Shown: piece by piece, positions 1 through 7,299 of the stretch
Layout: each line of letters begins with the position of its first letter
Position numbering within the stretch: position 1 is the first letter of the stretch
NCBI GenBank assembly: GCA_964590575.1
Contig: CAZPWM010000093.1
Coordinates: forward strand, 1 to 12,275
Source of the DNA: an uncultured archaeon
GTDB taxonomy: Archaea; Asgardarchaeota; Thorarchaeia; Thorarchaeales; Thorarchaeaceae
Reading direction: 5' to 3'
Length of the DNA stretch: 12,275 nt
Program-made: the position numbers and the translations under genes
The notes under the pieces: model-generated
Database searches by the model: none
What the model was told of the DNA's origin: nothing
Seen by the model: only the letters and a program-made list of their open reading frames with translations

Positions 1-77
1 CCCGCGGTGAAAAGCACTGTAACAGGAACACCAGGTACGTCAACTAGACTGATGTCTACGATTGATGCAATACGCAT
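1..77 (-). CDS. nrdG: 5' end of anaerobic ribonucleoside-triphosphate reductase activating protein / radical SAM activase (partial, runs off left edge)
   Basis: Manual translation from ATG at 77 gives MRIASIVDISLVDVPGVPVTVLFTAG. This fits the typical N-terminus of NrdG-like activases (M-x-I-x-G-x3-S-L-x-D-x-P-G-x4-V-x-F-T-x-G), which normally precedes the CxxxCxxC motif; that motif would lie just outside the window. Not in the ORF track. Confidence 0.7.
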   Translation of the reverse strand, partial: MRIASIVDISLVDVPGVPVTVLFTA

Positions 78-288
78 TTCTACTCAAGTCCATACATTTA
101 TTGTATTTACCGAGTTAAATCTTCCACCTATAGTTTGCTCAATAAACCATATGCTGGGGCAGTATTACTAGATTTCTTGTAGGTTTTTTCTAGAACTTTC
201 TTAAGAAAACAATAGCCCAAAAAGTATAGGGACCGTGCGTATGACAATGGAGAACAGATGTATCTCTAGAAACGACATTTTGCAAAGC

Positions 289-318
289 ACACTGTTTCAT
301 ATCCAAATCAAACAGTGT
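289..318. repeat. Perfect 9-bp inverted repeat ACACTGTTT-N12-AAACAGTGT (operator or RNA hairpin candidate)
   Basis: Arms at 289-297 and 310-318 are exact reverse complements and lie in the non-coding stretch upstream of the nrdG-like gene. Function not established. Confidence 0.6.
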
Positions 319-534
319 CAATATATCGACAACTTCCCAGAAGCAGTCACGACTATCATTAATAATGCCGTGGGAAAAAGGAAATTAAAGAAGTATAGCG
401 AGATAAAGAATAAACTTTACCGTATCAAAACGAACTTCTTTATTATCAATGAAGGCAAAACTAGAAAGAAAGACTTCTTTGAAGGTCTATACGAACGAAT
501 AGAGAATCGAACACGATAGTGTATGGAATATCTT

Positions 535-2010
535 TCATTTCTTACGAGGTTCGGTTTTCCTCAGAGTTACAATAAACTTCGACCCCATAGCTGGCTTGCC
601 GATTACTCTATCTTGGACCTCAATCGACCCACCGTATTTCCGTATCATTTGAGATACGAGTGTGATTCCTACTCCACCACCATGTTTCCGTTCAGTGAAC
701 AGTGTCTTCTTTCTCAAATCACTTAAGCCCGGACCATCATCAGCGATAGTAAGAGTGCATGTTTTGGTCTTTGTTTCACAAGTAATCCAGACCTGCTTCT
801 CGTCCTTTGAATTATGACGTGCAGCATTCTCAAGAAGATTCCAAATCAATTCGCCTAATAAGACATCAGCTTCAACAAGAATACTTTTCTTTATTCCTTG
901 AACATGCACTTTTACAACATATATCCTTTCCAAAACCCTGATTTTTTCCTTTAAGACTGGTACAACATCAATTCGGGAGAGTGGGATGAATCGAATTTGA
1001 GCGGCACGCTTGACCTTTGTGATAAGTCGATTACATCGCTCAACAGCATCTAGGATATCCTGTCGAGCATCATCAATGTAGAATGAAGGTACCGCCTCTT
1101 CTAGAAGACCACTGCTTGTCATTATCACTTGGAGTTGGTTTGCAATATCGTGACTGAGCAGATCAAGATAGAATTGGACAGCTTCTTCAGCATTTTTTTG
1201 TGCTGATATTTCAGTAACCACAGCAAAAGTCCCAACAAACTTCCCGTCCCTATCAATATAGGGTGTCGCAGAAATGATAGTTGGTATTTCTTCACCAGTT
1301 TTAGAAGTCCAATTTAACTCATAACTCTCAGATTTTCCAGATTTTCTTTCCACAATTTTTGTTGCGAGACTCTCTGAATCCATTCCTTTGGTTAGCTCAA
1401 TCCATGGATTGCCAAGTAATTCGGTAGGAGTGTAACCAATCATTTTGCAGAAAGCATCATTCGTATAGACGAGATTTCCATCTGCATCATCAATAACTAA
1501 ACCATCATTCATGGTTTCCACTAACATCTGATAACGAGTTTCTGATTCTTCAAGAGCCTCCGAATCAGCGAGCAGTTGGGTGATGTCTAACAGATGGGCA
1601 AGAGTCTTTCTTTTGCCATCAGAACCAAGGACTATTGAAACCCGACCTTCAACGGTTCGAATCACTCCATCCTTTCGAATGATTTCCATCGGATAGACAC
1701 TGGGAACATCTTCACCTTTTCGCCTAGCTTCAAAACGTCCAGATACTAATTTCGCAGTATCCGCGGGCATAAATTTACGAAAGTCATGACCAATAAGATC
1801 TTCTAAAGTTCCACCAAAAATCTGCAACCCTTTCTTATTGACATATTCAAATTTGTAATCCTCACCAATTATTACGAATCCTTCATGAGAATTGTTGAGA
1901 ATATCATGTAGAATTGCATCGTTGATTATAGGTTGAATGGACTTATCCTTCTTCAATGCCTTAGAGGATGTTTTCCTTTTTTTAGCCCGCTTCACAGCAT
2001 CTTCTGGCAT
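535..2010 (-). CDS. Cytoplasmic PAS-PAS sensor histidine kinase
   Basis: Two PAS/PAC repeats (EGFVIIGEDYKFEYVNKKG...RKDG; DGLVIDDADGNLVYTNDAFCKMIGY...SKTGEEIP), H-box LLSHDIANQL, N-box LIWNLLENAARHN, G1 DDGPGL, G2 GGGVGI. No TM segment. The ORF track starts at GTG 2034; ATG 2010 (MPEDAV) seems more likely. Confidence 0.92.
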   Translation of the reverse strand: MPEDAVKRAKKRKTSSKALKKDKSIQPIINDAILHDILNNSHEGFVIIGEDYKFEYVNKKGLQIFGGTLEDLIGHDFRKFMPADTAKLVSGRFEARRKGEDVPSVYPMEIIRKDGVIRTVEGRVSIVLGSDGKRKTLAHLLDITQLLADSEALEESETRYQMLVETMNDGLVIDDADGNLVYTNDAFCKMIGYTPTELLGNPWIELTKGMDSESLATKIVERKSGKSESYELNWTSKTGEEIPTIISATPYIDRDGKFVGTFAVVTEISAQKNAEEAVQFYLDLLSHDIANQLQVIMTSSGLLEEAVPSFYIDDARQDILDAVERCNRLITKVKRAAQIRFIPLSRIDVVPVLKEKIRVLERIYVVKVHVQGIKKSILVEADVLLGELIWNLLENAARHNSKDEKQVWITCETKTKTCTLTIADDGPGLSDLRKKTLFTERKHGGGVGITLVSQMIRKYGGSIEVQDRVIGKPAMGSKFIVTLRKTEPRKK

Positions 2011-2138
2011 ATCAACCCATACTCCGCAATCCACGTAAGTCTTGTTCCAGCTGGCATAAATCTCATTCGATTATACAAAGTGCGGCAAAGAAAGTCATAG
2101 AATTAAGCTAATTATGCCTTCCTAGGGTTTCCTTATTG

Positions 2139-3527
2139 TCAACTATATTTTCTCCAGAATCTATTACCTTTCTTTTGTTTGCCATAGCCCGCAAAATCAT
2201 CCATCTTGATAATCAATCGATTAAGAAAGGGAGTATGCTGTACTAGCCATAAAATCATCCGATGAAAGATACCATCCTTCTTGTTATATGGACATGAACG
2301 GATGCAGTTCGAACATTCTGAACCATTCTCAATCCAGAACCCATAACAGCTCTCAACATCTACGTACCATTTTTTTATCCCAGGATTGTTCGAGATACTG
2401 GTTCCTTCCCAAGTTTGCTCCGTTCCAAGTGGTATCGATTGAGAAGGACATGCAGTTGCACATTTTTCGCAAATCTCACAAAATCGAATAACCGATTTGC
2501 AAAAAGCCTCGTCGGGATAGTCCCTCAGAAGCGGCATATCTGTAAGTACTTTAGCAATTCGCACCCTAGGGCCAAATTGCTTTGTTATCAATAATCCATG
2601 TCGTCCATACTGACCCAGCCCTGCATCAATTGCTTGTGGAACGCTAAGTGCTACATTATTTCCAGAAGTCATCGCATTGTAACCAAGTCGTTGAATAAAT
2701 GCTGAAAGTTCAACTTCAACAAAGGCCATGGTTGAATATCCAAGAGCCGTGGTTGCCGAACATGTGAAGCTAGGTGACGTAGCTATGGCATCATAGTCCA
2801 TCTCTATTGCCATGACAATAACATATCTCATTGTTTCATAAACGTCATATAGTTCTCCTCGTCGATTCTTGGTGTATAGCCAATCCCTGTTGAGAGGAGC
2901 AATACCAACAAGATTCGCTCCAAAGAATTTTGCAGCCCGCTTCACCATCTGAGATAATTCTTTAGGATCTGTTACTTTCCTTACACCAGACTCGCTAGCA
3001 TTAGGATCAAGACCAATTCCTGGCCGTTGTATTGAATGGCGTGAATCGTAAAGCTTCCAGGCTGCGACCGTAAGCTCGTGCTCGAACCGACCATATCCGG
3101 GAATATCTTTCGAAATCATCCGTTCTGCACCGGAGAATTCAGTCTGGTGGTAGTATTGGAACGTAGGGTCGAATTGGACTCTAGCAAAGATAGTATCAGC
3201 CTCTGACATTTGTTTGAAACCATCTGCCACTGTATAGGGGCAATAATCTGATTCTTCAGAGGCTCTCGATTGTGCTACTTTGATTTCACTGCTTCCGCCG
3301 GTCCGTTCACTTCTAATTGCATCACGTGGACAGACACGAACGCATGCAAGACACACAGTACACGTTTCATGATCGATTATAGGATAACTCCAACCCTCTT
3401 GAAAACTCAAAGGCGATTCGTCACCATGTATTCTCTGACAAGCATCAAGACACTCGAGATTGCAAGATGATGGTTCACAGCTACCGGTTTTCACAAACAT
3501 GGGGGAGTCTCCAAGTTGATAGCGCAT
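2139..3527 (-). CDS. rdhA: Reductive dehalogenase-family corrinoid/Fe-S protein with extra N-terminal ABCE1/RLI-like 2x[4Fe-4S] domain
   Basis: RdhA core motifs AKFFGANLVGIA, AIDAGLGQYGRHGLLITKQFGPRVRIAKVLTDMPL, FCEICEKCATACP (CxxCxxCxxxCP), C-x10-CxxCxxxCP and C-terminal MDDFAGYG...FW. N-terminal 8-Cys motif; no twin-Arg signal. Alternative start ATG 3500 has GGAG upstream. Confidence 0.85.
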   Translation of the reverse strand: MRYQLGDSPMFVKTGSCEPSSCNLECLDACQRIHGDESPLSFQEGWSYPIIDHETCTVCLACVRVCPRDAIRSERTGGSSEIKVAQSRASEESDYCPYTVADGFKQMSEADTIFARVQFDPTFQYYHQTEFSGAERMISKDIPGYGRFEHELTVAAWKLYDSRHSIQRPGIGLDPNASESGVRKVTDPKELSQMVKRAAKFFGANLVGIAPLNRDWLYTKNRRGELYDVYETMRYVIVMAIEMDYDAIATSPSFTCSATTALGYSTMAFVEVELSAFIQRLGYNAMTSGNNVALSVPQAIDAGLGQYGRHGLLITKQFGPRVRIAKVLTDMPLLRDYPDEAFCKSVIRFCEICEKCATACPSQSIPLGTEQTWEGTSISNNPGIKKWYVDVESCYGFWIENGSECSNCIRSCPYNKKDGIFHRMILWLVQHTPFLNRLIIKMDDFAGYGKQKKGNRFWRKYS

Positions 3528-3608
3528 CCTCTACATTGCAACTAATACATTCTTCTATAGGATAGTAGAAAAGAACAATAGTCAACCTACTCCAAGACAC
3601 GATAAGGA

Positions 3609-5210
3609 TTGAGTCGAGTGAGAAAGCACATTGTCATATTCGAGCCATCTGGTCTACGTATTCTAACGGATGAACAGACCACGTTTCTTGATGCTGTAAG
3701 AATGGTCGGACTTCATCTACAATCGGATTGTGGAGGCAGAGGCTCATGTGGAAAATGTGAAATTATTTTGCAACCAGCCCCAGAACCGACGCCTGAAGAT
3801 GAGAGAAACATATCTTTGGAAGATCGATTACGGGGTGTCCGTTTGGCATGCCAACACAATGTGAGGACGGACACGCGGGCAGTAATATTCAAGCAACGAG
3901 GGGAGGTACAGATACTTACCGCAGGAGTTTCTCGACTGGAGGAATGGTCTCCTGATTCAGGACATGAGGGTCAGTTTGGGATTGCTATCGACCTAGGAAC
4001 CACTACCATTGTGGCGTATCTCCTTGCACTCTCTTCAGGTGTTCAGATATGCCAAAAAGCGTCGCTCAATCCACAGGCAATCTTTGGCGAAGATGTAATA
4101 TCACGAATATCTTATGCAACTAAGGAGGAAACTGGGCTTTCTGAACTCACAAAGATGGTCACATCTGAGATTGATTCGATTGTTGGTTCCCTTGTAGAGT
4201 GTTCCGGGATTCAGATGGATAGCATCTCAAAAATGTCAATTGTTGGAAATACAGCAATGCACCACCTTTTGTTGGGTGCTGATGTCAAGCCATTGGGACT
4301 TGCACCATATGAACCATCGATTCGAGATGCCGTAGTAACCACAGGTTTAGAATTAGGTTTATTACCCACTCGAAATATCGAGGTCTATCTTCCACCGAAC
4401 ATTGCAGGTTTTGTGGGAGGAGATACTGTTGGCTTCATTCTCTCTCAAAGACTGGATTTGTCGGATGAGGTTGTTCTAGGGATTGATATTGGAACCAACG
4501 GTGAAATTGTACTCTCGAATCGAGGTGCGTTGTCATGTTGTTCCGCGGCAGCAGGACCTGCCTTTGAGGGAGCAACCATACGATATGGGATGCGAGGACA
4601 ATCGGGAGCTATTGAGTATGTCACCATTGAAGACCCTGAAGAACCACCAGAGATAACAGTCATAGGTGATGGAGTGCCTCGAGGTATTTGTGGTTCAGCA
4701 ATTGTAGATACTGTGGCAGAGATGAAACGGTCTGGTATTGTTGATAATACAGGCAGGATGCAATCAACTTCACAAAGAGTGTATCATGATGATGAGTTTG
4801 GACTTAGTTACTTGCTTGTAGAGGAGTCTGCCTCTTCACGTAGGATTTCATTCAACCAGAAAGATGTACGACAGGTTCAGTTGGCAAAAGCGGCTATTAA
4901 AGCAGGGATTACAATACTACTGCAGGAAGCTGATGTCACTGTCAGTGACCTTGATTCTGTGATGCTTGCAGGCGCATTTGGCAACTATATTCGGCCTGAG
5001 AGTGCGCTTCAGATCGGCCTACTACCTCCTGTTGAAAGAAACAGAATCATTCAGGTGGGTAATGCAGCAGGAGAGGGAGCTAAAATTCTTCTTCTTTCTT
5101 CGGAAGCGAGAGAGATAGCAAACGATTTCGTATCCAAGACTAAATATGTTGAACTAGCATCTCATGATGATTTCCAGTCAATATTCATTGAAGCAACCTC
5201 ACTTCCTTAG
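3609..5210 (+). CDS. ASKHA-type ATP-dependent reductive activator of corrinoid proteins (RACE; RACo/AcsV-like, DUF4445) with N-terminal [2Fe-2S] domain
   Basis: N-terminal CGGRGSCGKC...RLAC ([2Fe-2S]); ASKHA motifs IDLGTTT, NPQAIFGEDVISRI, GNTAMHHL, AGFVGGD, DIGTNGE, SAAAGPAFEG, GICGS, AGAFGNYI, GNAAGEGA. TTG start. Confidence 0.92.
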   Translation: MSRVRKHIVIFEPSGLRILTDEQTTFLDAVRMVGLHLQSDCGGRGSCGKCEIILQPAPEPTPEDERNISLEDRLRGVRLACQHNVRTDTRAVIFKQRGEVQILTAGVSRLEEWSPDSGHEGQFGIAIDLGTTTIVAYLLALSSGVQICQKASLNPQAIFGEDVISRISYATKEETGLSELTKMVTSEIDSIVGSLVECSGIQMDSISKMSIVGNTAMHHLLLGADVKPLGLAPYEPSIRDAVVTTGLELGLLPTRNIEVYLPPNIAGFVGGDTVGFILSQRLDLSDEVVLGIDIGTNGEIVLSNRGALSCCSAAAGPAFEGATIRYGMRGQSGAIEYVTIEDPEEPPEITVIGDGVPRGICGSAIVDTVAEMKRSGIVDNTGRMQSTSQRVYHDDEFGLSYLLVEESASSRRISFNQKDVRQVQLAKAAIKAGITILLQEADVTVSDLDSVMLAGAFGNYIRPESALQIGLLPPVERNRIIQVGNAAGEGAKILLLSSEAREIANDFVSKTKYVELASHDDFQSIFIEATSLP

Positions 5211-5262
5211 ATCAATGGTTTAAAACATAGCAAGTGCCATATGGATAATGATTAATTGACAC

Positions 5263-6141
5263 TTGATGCTCTTGCAGAAGATTTCAAAACCTCTAAAGAT
5301 TGGGCACACAAGAACATGTGACTGTCCACCAAAACATATCAACTGCTTAACAGCAAAGGAATGGATGCAATCACAGATTGCAGTTTGGGAGTTCTATTAC
5401 GAAAAGAGGGACATTCGGGACAAGAATTTGCATCCTGCGGTTTTTCCGATTTCACTTCCGACAAAATGTATCGAATTGTTTACACATCGAGGTGAGCTTG
5501 TTATTGACCCATTTGTGGGGAGTGGCACAACACTGGTTGCTGCACAGGATCTAGGTCGCAATGCCGTTGGTTTTGATCTCAAGGAAGAATACGTGGACTA
5601 TGCCAACGAAAGAGTGTCAAGCAATGAAGATGTTACAAGTCAACTAGCAATTAATGACGAAGCTAAGAATATCCCTCATTACTTTGATGATGATATAGTT
5701 AGTCTCTGTGTCACCTCGCCCCCATACGCCAATCTTCTAAACAGAAAACGCAAGAATAAAAGCAAACGGGGAAATCTCAGGGAAGATGAGCATTTTCTGA
5801 AGGTTCAGCAGTATTCTGAAGATTCAAGGGACCTTGGTACAATGGACGTGGAAGAGTATGCTGATGCTCTAAGCGATATCTTTGGGGGGATTCTACCAAT
5901 ACTGAAATCTAGAGGACATTGTGTAATCAACATCACAGACTACTGGTGGAAGGGAAAACGGATTCCAATTCACGTCCACGTTATTGATGCACTTCAAAAA
6001 GTGGGGTATGAACTTCGGAATACTATCATCTGGGATCGACGAAACATTGTGAACAAAGTTGGTATCTTTGGTTGGCCTTCGAACTATATCACACTTACAA
6101 CAACATTTGAGTATCTACTGCATTTCTGGAAACCCGAGTGA
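5263..6141 (+). CDS. DNA amino-methyltransferase (probably N4-cytosine), orphan
   Basis: HPAVFP (5431-5448), SAM-binding DPFVGSGTT (5506-5532), catalytic TSPPY (5713-5727), then IIW...FEYLLHFWK. Start is TTG 5263 or ATG 5266. Confidence 0.88.
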   Translation: MMLLQKISKPLKIGHTRTCDCPPKHINCLTAKEWMQSQIAVWEFYYEKRDIRDKNLHPAVFPISLPTKCIELFTHRGELVIDPFVGSGTTLVAAQDLGRNAVGFDLKEEYVDYANERVSSNEDVTSQLAINDEAKNIPHYFDDDIVSLCVTSPPYANLLNRKRKNKSKRGNLREDEHFLKVQQYSEDSRDLGTMDVEEYADALSDIFGGILPILKSRGHCVINITDYWWKGKRIPIHVHVIDALQKVGYELRNTIIWDRRNIVNKVGIFGWPSNYITLTTTFEYLLHFWKPE

Positions 6142-6153
6142 ATGATTGTCATC

Positions 6154-7233
6154 CTAGATTCCAAGCTCGGAGAACACAAGATCCTTGACCTTCTCGACGT
6201 TTCCGCGTACAATAGCCCACGTTTCATCATCATCTTCGTATGGGGGATCTTGCTTTGGTGGTTCATAATCGTACCCAGAGAGAACAGACATGACAACACC
6301 AATACCCCACTTGAAAGAGTCATTCGTATAACCACCGCCAGCAAGGACTCCGAGGCGGCCATCGCTGAATTTGTGGGCAGCATCGTGAAAGAATGTAGTA
6401 ATGTATCGAATCATGTCAGTGGTGAGATTCAGGTGAGCAAGACGGTCTCTATAATGGGCATCGAACCCGGGCAGGAAAATAATGAAGTCTGGTCTAAAAA
6501 ACTCCACAAGCGGAGGTACAATCTCGTCAAAGGCAAATTTGTAAACTCCATCACAGGAATCCATAGGAAAGTGCATATTGATGTTGTATCCACGACCAAG
6601 ACCTTCCCCAATATCGTCAATGAATCCATCATGGGGGAACATCCATTCGGGGTCTTCATGGAATGAAATCTGCATGACCATGGGATCCTCATAGAAATAC
6701 GCCTGAGTACCATTTCCATGATGGACATCAAAATCAGCAACTAGGATTCTTTGATAACCTAGATTCTTCAGTTCATAGACTGCAGCAGCAACGTCATTAA
6801 AGATACAGAATCCTCCGCCCCATTCGAATCTTGCGTGGTGAAATCCACCGGTTGGGGATAGAAAATGGTGCACTTTTCCAGATGCAACAGCATTTACCCC
6901 GGTCACTGTAGCGCCAGAGGTTATGCTAGCATTTTCGAAAATACCCGGAAATCCGGGAGTATCGATGGCAATATCACCCTCGCCTGTTTCAGATATTCTT
7001 CGAACAGCATCCAGGTATTTCTGAGCGTGGATAAGTTTCAGTAATTCATCAGATAGTGGTTTGGGAGTCAGTACTTCTACATTAGGTTGATCTAGAAAAT
7101 CGTTTTCTGCAAGAAAATCACGGACCATCTGAAATCGCCCGACTTTGATTGGATGCTTGGCACCAAAATCGAAAGTTTCCAGACTAGGATTCCAGAGAAA
7201 ACCAACCCGGCAAATACTGCTGCTCCTCATCAT
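6154..7233 (-). CDS. Zn-dependent histone deacetylase family protein (AcuC/HDAC-like lysine or polyamine deacetylase)
   Basis: KHPIKVGR, DTPGFPG, GGFHHA, GFCIFND, DFDVHHGNGTQ, SFHE, GxGxGYNIN, GFDAH..D.L, GGGY (catalytic Tyr). Full catalytic set is present; substrate cannot be read from sequence. Confidence 0.93.
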   Translation of the reverse strand: MMRSSSICRVGFLWNPSLETFDFGAKHPIKVGRFQMVRDFLAENDFLDQPNVEVLTPKPLSDELLKLIHAQKYLDAVRRISETGEGDIAIDTPGFPGIFENASITSGATVTGVNAVASGKVHHFLSPTGGFHHARFEWGGGFCIFNDVAAAVYELKNLGYQRILVADFDVHHGNGTQAYFYEDPMVMQISFHEDPEWMFPHDGFIDDIGEGLGRGYNINMHFPMDSCDGVYKFAFDEIVPPLVEFFRPDFIIFLPGFDAHYRDRLAHLNLTTDMIRYITTFFHDAAHKFSDGRLGVLAGGGYTNDSFKWGIGVVMSVLSGYDYEPPKQDPPYEDDDETWAIVRGNVEKVKDLVFSELGI

Positions 7234-7252
7234 CTTACTCGGAATCCTAGCA

Positions 7253-7261
7253 TACTTATAT
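7253..7261. promoter_or_regulatory. Candidate archaeal TATA element in the 66-bp divergent HDAC / beta-propeller intergenic region
   Basis: TACTTATAT is the only TATA-like AT tract between the divergent starts (7233 and 7300). Its distance from the HDAC ATG would suit a leaderless transcript. Confidence 0.3.
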
Positions 7262-7299
7262 GGCTATGCAACAAGAGTGCACAAGGTGCAGGTTAGAAG

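Noticed and set aside
235-519. 94-aa plus-strand ORF
   Set aside because: AT-rich, K/N/I-biased, no motif or clear RBS, and it overlaps the palindromic upstream region of the nrdG-like gene; probably spurious, though not excluded.
2139-3527. Calling this gene epoxyqueuosine reductase (queG) or ABCE1
   Set aside because: The C-terminal DD..GYG..FW tail, FGA.LVGI motif and second cluster spacing fit RdhA better. There are no ABC ATPase domains, so only the Fe-S module is ABCE1-like.
3550-3576. Imperfect inverted repeat TTCTTCTA...TAGAAAAGAA between rdhA and the activator
   Set aside because: Low-complexity and needs a bulge; too weak to call an operator without comparative data.
5248-5262. 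In-frame ATG-ATT-AAT-TGA upstream of the methyltransferase, considered as selenocysteine readthrough
   Set aside because: Would add only five residues with no redox motif, and I see no SECIS-like element.
6142-6666. 174-aa plus-strand ORF directly after the methyltransferase, considered as a cognate restriction endonuclease
   Set aside because: Almost entirely antisense to the well-conserved HDAC gene, with no convincing PD-(D/E)xK or HNH motif.
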